Shown here piece after piece: positions 1-10,300 of a stretch of DNA of 25,405 bases. The stretch lies in IMG/VR virus record IMGVR_UViG_3300020403_000080, positions 1-25,405 of that record; one strand, written 5' to 3'. The notes under the pieces were generated by a model. The model saw only the letters and a program-made list of their open reading frames with translations. It was not told the DNA's origin and made no database searches. The translations under genes and the position numbers were made by a program. Source of the stretch: a virus. Its lineage: Duplodnaviria; Caudoviricetes. Within the stretch, counting starts at the first letter, position 1, and every line of letters starts with the position of its first letter.

Positions 1-2
1 GT

Positions 3-1058
3 GCTGGTGTAACTGCATCTGGAACTGGTGCAACAAAAACAATAACTATTGCTGGCGGTGCTTCACAAAATTTATTTGATAAAATTGCAGTAAGTGGACA
101 ATCTAATGTAGTAGCAGATAGTGCAACTGATACTCTTACTTTAGTTGCTGGTACTAATGTTACGATTACTACAGATGCTAACGCTGATAGTATTACAATT
201 AATTCTACTGGAACTACAGATTTAAATAGTTTAACTGCTGGTGTTATTAATACTCAAAATGATAGTATTGGGTTCATTGATGCAGATGATAGTAATAATA
301 GTAAGAAAGAATCAATTGCAGATTTTCTAACTGCAATTGCTGGTTCTGGTATTAGTGTAAGTTCTGGTCAATTAACAGCTTCTGGTGGAAGTGGTAATGC
401 GATTAGTCAATTAAATAGTAATGTAACAGTAACTGATACTGGAACAAATGGTACTATTACTTTTGATACAGATGGTACAGATAGATGGCAATTTACAAGT
501 GCTGGACATTTGTTACCAGTTGCACACGAAACATATGATATAGGAAGTGCTACTCAAAAGGTAAGACATTTATTTTTAAGTGACTCTAGTTTGAAGATGG
601 GTGATAATGAATTAGAGTTAAGTGTTGTATCATCTAGATTACATTTTAATAGTGCTAAACTTATGGTAAATCTTTCAGATGATCCAGCACCTCAAATTAC
701 TGGTGACTTAGATGTAAATGGCAAAACAATTATGCATACTTTTAACATAACTGCTGATAGTGGAAATAACCATTATATTTTTGCTGATACTGGAAATGTT
801 TGGTTTCCAACATCAGAAAATGATCCGACCTTATATTTAAGAAGAGGTGAACAATATAAATTTAATAATACTTCTGGTGGTCACCCAATCAGAATACAAT
901 CAACACAAGGTTCAAGTGGAACACCATATAACACTGGTGTAACAAATAATGCTGGTAATGGTGCAGTTATATTTAAAGTACCAATGAGTGCGCCTGCAAC
1001 ACTTTACTATCAATGTACAGCTCATCCGAATATGAATGGTACAATTAATATAGTTTAA
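3..1058 (+). CDS. 5'-truncated tail fibre/virion structural protein with C-terminal cupredoxin-like domain
   Basis: The frame of the 510 ORF is open back to the window edge (AGVTASGTGATKTITIAGG...ADSATDTLTLVAGTNVTITTD...DRWQFTSAGHLLPVAHETYDIGSATQKVRHLFLS), so TTG 510 is internal. G/S/T-rich fibre-like repeats. Ends NDPTLYLRRGEQYKF..GHPIRI..LYYQCTAHPNMNGTINIV. Confidence 0.8.
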   Translation, partial: AGVTASGTGATKTITIAGGASQNLFDKIAVSGQSNVVADSATDTLTLVAGTNVTITTDANADSITINSTGTTDLNSLTAGVINTQNDSIGFIDADDSNNSKKESIADFLTAIAGSGISVSSGQLTASGGSGNAISQLNSNVTVTDTGTNGTITFDTDGTDRWQFTSAGHLLPVAHETYDIGSATQKVRHLFLSDSSLKMGDNELELSVVSSRLHFNSAKLMVNLSDDPAPQITGDLDVNGKTIMHTFNITADSGNNHYIFADTGNVWFPTSENDPTLYLRRGEQYKFNNTSGGHPIRIQSTQGSSGTPYNTGVTNNAGNGAVIFKVPMSAPATLYYQCTAHPNMNGTINIV

Positions 1059-1070
1059 TAGGAGCGAAAA

Positions 1071-1385
1071 ATGGCTATAGATACTATAGGAACAAAATCT
1101 AGTACAGCTGCAACTGGAAGAGGGTTGTCCGAAGCGATAGAAAAAATAGATTTTGGTGCATGGACAATAACTGAAAGTGGTGGTAATATTTTATTTGCAC
1201 ACAATGGTGCAACTAAGATTACACTTACATCTACTGGAGATATAGATTTTGGAAACTGGACTATTAACGAAAGTGGAAATGGATTGTTTTTTGCTCATAG
1301 TGGTTCAAACAAAATAAAAATGGACTCAAGTGGAAACATTGATATGTCTGGTGATGTAAATTCAAATGACAGTTCAATAACTTAA
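1071..1385 (+). CDS. Small fibre-associated protein with two tandem ~32-aa repeats
   Basis: SD AGGAG upstream. IDFGAWTITESGGNILFAHNGATKITLTSTGD / IDFGNWTINESGNGLFFAHSGSNKIKMDSSGN. Confidence 0.75.
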   Translation: MAIDTIGTKSSTAATGRGLSEAIEKIDFGAWTITESGGNILFAHNGATKITLTSTGDIDFGNWTINESGNGLFFAHSGSNKIKMDSSGNIDMSGDVNSNDSSIT

Positions 1386-1396
1386 TAAGGTAACAA

Positions 1397-3805
1397 ATGT
1401 CCTTTAAAATTAATAACGCTACTGTAATAGATAATTCTAGGAATGTTCCTAGTACAGCTACTGGTGTTACAGGGTTAACTAATTTTACTGTACCTAATGG
1501 AAATACTGCACAAAGACCAATTGGTTCTACTGGAAAACTATTTTATGATTCACAGATTGGCCAACTTCTAGTTCATGATGGTGTTAACTGGAATGCAGCT
1601 CATGAAACAACCACAGGTGATAATTTATTTGATGCACGAAGTTATACAGGAACTGCAAATACTCAAACAATTTCTACTGGTGATGTAGATTTAGCTACTA
1701 ATGGTGGTTTAATCATAATAAAAAAATATAATGGTAATTCTTCTGGTACACTAAATCCACTTTATGATACAGGTGCTTGGTGGATAGATACTGAAAGAGG
1801 AATATCATCTTTATTGAGTAGTCAAGGAGATTATGTAGAGAATTATAGTAATTGGAGTAATTATTACAGTTCTGGTTTTGGAGTTAGATCTATTAGTACA
1901 ACTGGATATGAATTAGGTGGGGGTTCTGGTGGTGGTAATACTGGTTTTAATGCTAGTGGTGGAACATATATGTCTTATGTGTTTAGAAAGGCTCCAAGAT
2001 TTTTTGATATACAAAAAGGAACTACAGATTCACTAGGACATATAACTTTTAATCATAACTTGGGCGTAACTCCAGGCATGGTAATACTTAAATCAAGAAC
2101 AGATATGGCTAGTAGTGGTGGTGATCATTGGTATGTTTATCATAGAGGTGCTGGATTTGGCGGTACTCCTGCTGATCAAGTTTATCAATTTATAGATACT
2201 GGTAATGGTTACACTACAACCAGTTCTGGTAAATTTTGGACAACTGTTAATTCTACTACTTTCACAGCAGAAATAACTGGATATGATAATGGCAGAGATG
2301 TAGTTGCTTACTTCTTTGCACACAATGATAATAATGGAGTTTTCGGAAATTCTGGAGATCAAGATTTTATAAAATGTGGTTCTTATAATGGAACTGGAGT
2401 TGCAGACACAGTAATTGATCTTGGATTTGAACCAGGCTGGTTAATGGTAAGAAAAATGGGTCGTGTGGATGCTAGTGGTAATTTTCAATGGGAAAATGGG
2501 GGAAATACTTGGAGAGTAGTTGATCCTATTCGTGGTTTCTCTCATACACCAGATCACCAAGTTTCATTAGGTGACACGTATACTTATGTAAATCATGGTG
2601 GTACATATTCTGCACCTTCTCAAATAGCACCAATGCCAAATGGTTTCAGATTAGGGTCTAGTAATAGTTTTAATCAAGCACCTAACAATGGAACTGAACC
2701 TTACAAATATATTTACGTTGCAATTCGCAGAACACCAATAGCTGTACCTACTGATAAAAATAAAATAATTCATATTGGTTCACATAATGCTGGTGTAACA
2801 TCTGATAGAACAAATCTTATGTTAACAACTGGATTTCCACCAGATTTTAATTTAAATATGTTATATAATACTGGATCGACAATTCCAAGAACTTTTATTA
2901 CTGATCGTGTAAGAGGGTTTCAAGGAGATAATACACAAAAATTAACCATTCATCCACAAACAGGAACGTATCCTGTAGCAGAAACAACAGTTGGTTCAAG
3001 TACGCCAGGCTCTTGGTATGGTGATGTAATGACAGGGTTTTATACTCCAGCAGGTCAAGTAATGAATAGTGCGTATTCTACTAATGTTTCTGTTTCCTTA
3101 AAAAGAGGAACAGGATTTTTTGACATTGTTCCATACTTAGGCAATAAACTTACTGCACCATTAGTTGTAAAGCATAATTTAGGCGTAGTACCAGAAATGA
3201 TATGGATAAAACAAAGAGATGCAGATAATCAAACCAGAGGTGTAACGCAATTTGTTTATCAAAATTGGGCTGTATATCATAAAGACTTTACAGACTCTTC
3301 TCATTATTATGCAATATTAAATCATAATTATGCAGAAATTCCAGCTGGTTCATCCACTCCTTCACTTTGGAATAACTTAGATCCAACTTCTACAGAATTT
3401 TCATTATGGAATTATAATACAGGCAGTGCAACTTCATCATTTGTTAATCAATCAGACAATTCTACTACACCAACATATCATGGTCAATTCATAGCTTATC
3501 TTTTTGCAACTTTATCTGGTATAAGTAAAGTTGGAAGTTTTAGTCATACTAATGGATCATCAACTAATGTTGATTGTGGGTTTGGAAGCACTGCAAGATT
3601 TGTAATGGTAAAGAGTAAAGGTATAGGAGATTGGTATGTGTGGGATAGTGTTAGAGGAATTAGCGCAGGCAACGATAGTTATCTCCGACTAAATACTAGT
3701 GATGCACCAGTAACTACTACTGATTGGATAGATCCTCTTTCTACAGGGTTTCAAATGTCCAGTGGATTTGCAACTGGAAATTATATTTTTTATGCGTTAG
3801 CTTAA
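1397..3805 (+). CDS. Putative tail fibre/receptor-binding protein (PxGxTAQRP N-terminal module plus repeated DUF7483-like domains)
   Basis: N-terminus VPNGNTAQRPIGSTGKLFYDSQIGQLLVHDGVNW. Repeats FFD..HNLGVxPxMxxxK..WxVYH and GxYxG..GFxPxxxMV..W.xxDxxRG resemble marine phage fibre domains. Confidence 0.75.
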   Translation: MSFKINNATVIDNSRNVPSTATGVTGLTNFTVPNGNTAQRPIGSTGKLFYDSQIGQLLVHDGVNWNAAHETTTGDNLFDARSYTGTANTQTISTGDVDLATNGGLIIIKKYNGNSSGTLNPLYDTGAWWIDTERGISSLLSSQGDYVENYSNWSNYYSSGFGVRSISTTGYELGGGSGGGNTGFNASGGTYMSYVFRKAPRFFDIQKGTTDSLGHITFNHNLGVTPGMVILKSRTDMASSGGDHWYVYHRGAGFGGTPADQVYQFIDTGNGYTTTSSGKFWTTVNSTTFTAEITGYDNGRDVVAYFFAHNDNNGVFGNSGDQDFIKCGSYNGTGVADTVIDLGFEPGWLMVRKMGRVDASGNFQWENGGNTWRVVDPIRGFSHTPDHQVSLGDTYTYVNHGGTYSAPSQIAPMPNGFRLGSSNSFNQAPNNGTEPYKYIYVAIRRTPIAVPTDKNKIIHIGSHNAGVTSDRTNLMLTTGFPPDFNLNMLYNTGSTIPRTFITDRVRGFQGDNTQKLTIHPQTGTYPVAETTVGSSTPGSWYGDVMTGFYTPAGQVMNSAYSTNVSVSLKRGTGFFDIVPYLGNKLTAPLVVKHNLGVVPEMIWIKQRDADNQTRGVTQFVYQNWAVYHKDFTDSSHYYAILNHNYAEIPAGSSTPSLWNNLDPTSTEFSLWNYNTGSATSSFVNQSDNSTTPTYHGQFIAYLFATLSGISKVGSFSHTNGSSTNVDCGFGSTARFVMVKSKGIGDWYVWDSVRGISAGNDSYLRLNTSDAPVTTTDWIDPLSTGFQMSSGFATGNYIFYALA

Positions 3806-3819
3806 AGGAATAAATTAAA

Positions 3820-5760
3820 ATGGCATATAAAATTAGTGATAATAGTGTAATAGATGATAACAGAGAATTAACTGCTGTTAGTGTAACTCCATCTACAAAC
3901 TTAGTTGTACCTTATGGAACAACTGCAAATAGACCAACTGGTGCAGTAGGTAAATTATATTTTGATACCGACTTAGGAAAACTTTTAGTTCACAATGGAA
4001 CAACATGGATTGAAAGTTCTACAGCTGCTGGTAGTACTGGTGGTGACTTTGCAGTTCATGGTGCAAAATATGTAATGCCTTTAAATGGTGGAGTTGAAAG
4101 TTCAGTAATAACTCTAACTCCAATGCCATATAATGAAGCAATCACTTCTATGACTTTTGTTCGTCACAAACCATCTGTTGTTTCTGCAACAACTTTTTCT
4201 TCTTATGTAAAATTTAAAGGTATGCAAGATGTGGTTCAATTAACGAATAGTTCCACAAACTCTATGGGGGGTACTGGTGGTTGGCCTTGTCCACAGGAAA
4301 CATCAGGGCATGCTGGAATTTATAATGTAGATAGAAATATGTTTCAACCTCATGCAACTTTATCTTTAGACAATACTGCAATTAATGTTAATATCGGCGG
4401 TGAAGCTGCAAGTTCTAATGTTCAAGGTTATGTTGAATCTTGGTTGTTTGATAGTAAATTTCCTAATGAAGGTTTTGCAATGGCCAATGATGGTATTTAT
4501 AGTGAAACTACTCAAAGAGGTGGATATGGTATTTACAAATATAGTGATAGTCAATATATTGTGTGGGCTAGTGAGGGAGCTGCAACAACTAATGCTGGTG
4601 GTGGTACTGATGTACGTATAGATATTAGATCGTTTAATCCAAATAATGTTGTAGAGAACCAAAATGCTACATCTGCTGGTGCATATGCAGATTGGTTTAA
4701 AATATATGAACCTAGTAATATTCAATTAAAGCAAGCTTATGCTATGTGTTATGGTGTTTGGAAAAGTGCAACACCAAATCAACTTACTGTTATGGCAACT
4801 AATAATATGAGTATGAATGCTAGCTCTCACATGGTACATGATAGACAACACGTAATTGGAATTTTTGATATCAATGTTAATACTGGTGCAGTTGTTCCTC
4901 ACTCAACAACTCCTCATTTAGAATTTCAACCTACTGTTGATAATAATCAGTGGAGCGAAAGTAATAGTGGATCAGATTATAATAGACTAATGCCTTCTGC
5001 CAATAACTTTACTGTATGCGAATGTTCTACTCATGTTACTATGATAACTTGGCCACAAAATTCAGATGCAAATAATCAATATGCTTTCTGGATTTATGAT
5101 AAAGCAACTAGAAATCTTAGAGTTTTTAAACCAGAAATATATGATAATACTCCTTTTAATAACACAACAATTGCACAAACAGGACAAGCACCAAATAGAT
5201 TATGGATGAATCATTTTAAAATGAATGATAAGATATACTTGACAACCTGTGAAATGGGAGATACACACTCCACTCATATAGGTGTTCATATATATGAAAC
5301 ATCAGCAACTGCTGCTACTCCATATATGAGAATTTATAATGATACAAACAATCATCAAGCAATCGATAGCCCACAAACATTTCAACAAATTAGAGCATTA
5401 AAAGGTACTAATAATTTTACATTTCAACACAATCACGCAAATGATTACAGATGGTGGGATAGTTCTGCTACTTTTAATTTTCTTGCAGCTGAAGCAGTTA
5501 GTAATACAGGATTAACAGTTAATCCAGAAACCAGTAAAACTATTATTCAAAGTACTTTTGCTAATGTTAAATCAGGCGCTTGGTCTGGAAGTACTCCAAC
5601 TTATTATCTTAATCCACGTAAAACAAATATTACAACTAATCAATGGACAGCAACTGACGGATCAAATACGCCACCAAACAATCCAGGCCAGACCAGAACA
5701 AACCATTTTTGGGAAGGTAATTTAATAAGAAGAAAATTCTTTGGTGGTGGTACTCAATAG
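3820..5760 (+). CDS. Putative tail fibre/receptor-binding protein, same N-terminal module as 1397 with an unrelated body
   Basis: MAYKISDNSVIDDNR...VPYGTTANRPTGAVGKLYFDTDLGKLLVHNGTTW. 646-aa ORF with SD AAGGA. Confidence 0.7.
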   Translation: MAYKISDNSVIDDNRELTAVSVTPSTNLVVPYGTTANRPTGAVGKLYFDTDLGKLLVHNGTTWIESSTAAGSTGGDFAVHGAKYVMPLNGGVESSVITLTPMPYNEAITSMTFVRHKPSVVSATTFSSYVKFKGMQDVVQLTNSSTNSMGGTGGWPCPQETSGHAGIYNVDRNMFQPHATLSLDNTAINVNIGGEAASSNVQGYVESWLFDSKFPNEGFAMANDGIYSETTQRGGYGIYKYSDSQYIVWASEGAATTNAGGGTDVRIDIRSFNPNNVVENQNATSAGAYADWFKIYEPSNIQLKQAYAMCYGVWKSATPNQLTVMATNNMSMNASSHMVHDRQHVIGIFDINVNTGAVVPHSTTPHLEFQPTVDNNQWSESNSGSDYNRLMPSANNFTVCECSTHVTMITWPQNSDANNQYAFWIYDKATRNLRVFKPEIYDNTPFNNTTIAQTGQAPNRLWMNHFKMNDKIYLTTCEMGDTHSTHIGVHIYETSATAATPYMRIYNDTNNHQAIDSPQTFQQIRALKGTNNFTFQHNHANDYRWWDSSATFNFLAAEAVSNTGLTVNPETSKTIIQSTFANVKSGAWSGSTPTYYLNPRKTNITTNQWTATDGSNTPPNNPGQTRTNHFWEGNLIRRKFFGGGTQ

Positions 5761-5764
5761 GGTG

Positions 5765-5772
5765 TATAAATA
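5765..5772 (+). promoter_or_regulatory. T4-type late promoter (gp55 sigma)
   Basis: Exact TATAAATA in the intergenic gap 22 nt upstream of the gp8 ATG. Confidence 0.85.
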
Positions 5773-5794
5773 ATACTATAATAGGAAAAAAACA

Positions 5795-7351
5795 ATGGCA
5801 GCAATTATTACAGAAAAATTTAGATTACATAATGCAGAACAATTCAAGGAATCATTTTCTGAAGCATCTGCATCTAATTATTATTTGTTTGTAGGAAAGT
5901 CAAGTCCTTTTACTACAACAACAAAGTACTCTGATACTGAAACTACAGGGGGTACTGATGCATCTCCACCCAATCCACATGATAGGGTTATTGAAGAAAA
6001 CTACAAATGGGATTCTATGTTAGCTGCCAAAAGAATAACATCTACAGATGTTATGCCTGTTATTCCTCGTAGAAATTATTCACAAGTAACTTTTGATATG
6101 TATGAGCATGATGTTACACCTACAAATCCAACAACAAGTGGTGCAAGTAATATCTATGATAGTACATTTTATTTTGTTACAGATGATTATAAAGTATATA
6201 AAGTCTTAGATAATAACAATGGTGCAATTATTAATGATGCTAATGCACCAACTTCTACAAGTTCTGCACCATTTTTTCATGGTGGTTATTATTTACAATA
6301 TATGTACACACTACAAACAATAGATACCATAAAGTTTTTGACCACAGATTTTGTTGCAGTTAGAAATGATGCAACTGTAACAACTGATGTTACAACTGCA
6401 TCTGGTGATTCAGCACCATTTCATGGTGCTCCTATACAAGTTGTAAGAGTAACTAATGTTGGGGGTAGCCTTCCAAATGGAGATTATTATACTAAAGTTA
6501 ATGGTGATGGAACTGGTGCAATTGTAAAAATTAAGGTTGCTAGTAGTGTTATAGTTAGATTTGGAGAAGCAGGAACACTTATGCACGCTGGGGGAAGTGG
6601 TTATACTTTTGGTACAATTGATCTCACAAAATGTTATAATAATTCTGGTTTATCTGGAACAGCAGTAAATTTATCTGGTGGTGGTGCAGCTGTTCACCCA
6701 ATCATATCTCCAAGAATTGGTCATGGACATGATCCAGTTGCAGAACTGGGTGGTCATTATGTTATGATGAACGCAAGATTGGAACAAACAGAAAGTGGTG
6801 ACTTTACAGTTGCAAATGATTTTAGAGAAGTTGGTATTGTTGTTGATCCACATAATGCAGGCACTACGACAGTTTCTAATGTATCACAAGTAAGAATGAC
6901 TTATGCATTAAAGTTAGAAAGTGTAAGTGGTGACTTTGAAGTAGATGAAAAAATAACACAAGCATCAACTGATGCAACTGGAAGAGTTGTTGAATGGGAT
7001 GCTACAAGATCTGTATTATATTACCTACAAGAACAATGGGAAAATTATGGTATAAGTTCTGATAGTTCAAATAGTGCTTATCAGACCAAAGTTTTATTTA
7101 GTGGTGCTAATCAAATAACAGGTGCTCAAAGTAGTGCAACTGCGACACCTAAAGCCACAGCTGATGGAACTGATGATGCAGCTGCAAATAATGGTGATGC
7201 AACTAAGGCAAGTGGTTTAAGTTTTACAGATGGATATGCTGTACCAGAACTAGAACATGATAGTGGAAATATTATCTATGTAGAAAATCGTAGACCAATC
7301 TCCAGAGCATCAGACCAAACAGAAGATATAAAAATAGTTATAGAATTTTAA
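5795..7351 (+). CDS. gp8: Baseplate wedge subunit gp8 (T4-like)
   Basis: MAAIITEKFRLHNA..YYLFVGK..WDSMLAAKRI..VIPRRNY..DMYEHD..FYFVTDDYKVYKVLDNN..YMYT and C-terminal SGNIIYVENRRPISRASDQTEDIKIVIEF match marine T4-like gp8 motifs. Confidence 0.9.
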   Translation: MAAIITEKFRLHNAEQFKESFSEASASNYYLFVGKSSPFTTTTKYSDTETTGGTDASPPNPHDRVIEENYKWDSMLAAKRITSTDVMPVIPRRNYSQVTFDMYEHDVTPTNPTTSGASNIYDSTFYFVTDDYKVYKVLDNNNGAIINDANAPTSTSSAPFFHGGYYLQYMYTLQTIDTIKFLTTDFVAVRNDATVTTDVTTASGDSAPFHGAPIQVVRVTNVGGSLPNGDYYTKVNGDGTGAIVKIKVASSVIVRFGEAGTLMHAGGSGYTFGTIDLTKCYNNSGLSGTAVNLSGGGAAVHPIISPRIGHGHDPVAELGGHYVMMNARLEQTESGDFTVANDFREVGIVVDPHNAGTTTVSNVSQVRMTYALKLESVSGDFEVDEKITQASTDATGRVVEWDATRSVLYYLQEQWENYGISSDSSNSAYQTKVLFSGANQITGAQSSATATPKATADGTDDAAANNGDATKASGLSFTDGYAVPELEHDSGNIIYVENRRPISRASDQTEDIKIVIEF

Positions 7352-7369
7352 AACTAGGAATTTGATTTA

Positions 7370-10300
7370 ATGGCTACAAATTTTAACGTAAAACCATACT
7401 ATGATGATTATGACTCATCAAAGAATTTTCACAGAGTTTTATTTCGTCCTGCTTATTCAGTACAAGCTCGTGAATTAACACAATTACAAACCATATTACA
7501 AAATCAAATTACTAAATTTGGTAATCATATTTTTCAAAATGGTTCTATGGTCATACCAGGCGATATTAACTTTGACTTAAAGTATGATTACATAAAAGTT
7601 AACTCTGCATATAATACATTAGAAGTTGAAACATATAGAACAAGTTTTTTAAATAAAATTATTACTGGTGGAACAACTGGTGTAAAAGCAAAAGTTATCG
7701 GTACAGTTGCAGCTACAAGTTCAACATCAACTACATCTGCTGATCCTTTAACTCTTTATATTAAATACGAGGATAGTGGTACAAATAATGAAACACTTAA
7801 ATTTTCTGCAAGTGAGGTTGTAACATCATTAAATGCAGATAATACTAAAGTAAAAAATCCAAGTTTAACAGAAGATCAAACAACTGAATTAAATGCGACC
7901 ATACAATCAACTGATACTCCAGTTGGTACTGGTTCTGCTGTATTAGTTCATGCTGGTGTTTATTTTATCAATGGTCACTTTGTTTCCAATACAGAACAAG
8001 TTATTCTTTTAGATAAGTATACAAATTTACCTTCTTATCGTATAGGATTTAATGTTGCAGAATCTTTTACCACACCAGAAGAAGATACCAGTTTATTAGA
8101 TAATGCAACTGGATCATCTAATGTAAATGCACCAGGCGCTCATAGATTTAAAATTGCATTAACACTTGTAAAGAAAGCCATAACTTCAACTGATGACACT
8201 AACTTTGTTGAGTTAGGAAGAATCAATGGTGGTAAGATAGAGTCATATAAGAAAAATGCAGACTATTCAGAATTACAACATACACTTGCAAGAAGAACAT
8301 TTGATGAAAGTGGTAACTATGAAGTAAGACCATTTTTAACAGAAGTTCGTGAACATCTAAAAGAAGGATCAAATAGAGGTATCTACCCACTTGCAGATGG
8401 TGGAAATACAAATAAACTTGTTTTTGCAGTAGAACCAGGCAAGGCTTATGTAGATGGTTACGAAATAGAAACTATGACAACGCAGTTTATCAAAGCAGAT
8501 AAACCAAGAACTTTTGATCGTGTAGAAGATAGAACAATACAAACACCCATAGGTAATTATGTTCTCATAACAAATATAGATGGTTCACCAAACATAAGCA
8601 CATTTGAAACACTTAATTTGCGTGATCAAACTATAGGAGATACTAGTGGTAATACAGTTATCGGAACTGCAAGAGTTAGATTTTTTATATTACATGATGG
8701 TTCTTATGGATCAAATCCTACATTTAAACTTGGTCTTTTTGATATCAAAATGAATGATGGAAAAGACTTTGCAAGAGATGTTAAGTCTATAAATGATCAT
8801 GCTAATATAGGTGGTGGAGATTTTGAGGCTGATATAAAACCAACATTTGTTGCCATATCTGGTGTTGGTACTGGTACAAATAGTGCTACTGGCGTTGAAG
8901 GTACTCAAGGTTCTGTTTTTCAACTCCAATTAAAAGCAAAAGATAGATTAATTGCAAAAATTGGTGGTGTAGAAACTGATGTTGGAAGAATAAGTTCTAC
9001 TACTGATAATGATAGTTTAGTTTTATCTGCAAATGCTTCAGCATCATTTACTAATGCAACTATAGGTAGATTTTCTTCACAAATATTTAGACCAGACCAA
9101 AAACTTTTAGTATTTCCCACAAATTATCGTAGAGTAAGAAAAGTTCGTGGAAATACAGTATCTGCTCCAGATAGTGCATTATCAACAAGTTATTCAATAA
9201 GAAGAAGATTTGCGGCTGTACAAGTTTCAAGTAATAAAGCAACCTTTTCTACAGGTTCAGCAACAGAACTTTTTAGAAATGGAGCAAATGTAAATGATTT
9301 TACAGCAGTTGTTACCACACAAGGAAGTGGCAGTTCCAATAATGTAGGAGATATTATTCCATTAACATCTTCTGATATAGACGTTGCAACCAATTCACAA
9401 TCAGTAGAAATTTTAAATCAAACTAATGGTGACTTTTTACAACTGATTGCAACTGTTGATTTAAGTGGTTCTTCTGCTCAAGAAAAAATAAAAACATTAG
9501 TTACTGGTGCATCACATACTGTATCTACACCAGCTGCAGCTCAAAACACAGAAATTAAATTAGGTAAATCAGATGGTTTAAGATTAACATCTGTAAAGAT
9601 GGCTGCAGACTTTCAACCAAGCACAACTCCAACATCATCAGATCCAGATATTACAAGTAGATTTACTTTTGATGGTGGACAAAGAGATGCATTTTATGAT
9701 CTTGCAAGAATAAATCTTAAGCCTGGTCAACCAGCTCCAACTGGAAGATTACTTATTACTTTTGATCACTTTACTCATAGTGCTGGTGATTACTTTTCTG
9801 TAGACTCTTATCCAACTTTAGATTATGAAGATATACCATCATATACATCTACACAAGGAAAAGGAAAAAGATTAGAATTAAGAAACTGTTTAGATTTTAG
9901 ACCAACAATAGATAATACTGGTGCAAATTTTACTGGCACTGGTTCATCTGCTTCAGAGTTACCTAAATTTGGAACAAATGTAGAAGCAGACTTTTCATAT
10001 TATCTAGGAAGAAGGGATTTAGTTTTTGTAGATAGATTGGGTAGGTTTGATGTTCTACAAGGTGTACCATCTACTAATCCAGAAAAACCACAAGAACCAG
10101 AAAATGGTATGGTTTTATTTGAGGTTTCTTATGAACCATATGTAGTAGACTTAAAAGAGGTTACTCATAAAAAATTAGATAATCGAAGATATACCATGAG
10201 AGATATTGGTAAGTTAAATAAAAGATTATCTAATTTAGAATACTATACATCTCTTAATCTTTTAGAAAAAGAAACAGCTGATCTTGCAATTAAAGATTCA

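Noticed and set aside
510-512. TTG start proposed by the ORF track
   Set aside because: The frame is open to the window edge with the same protein character, so the true start lies upstream of the window.
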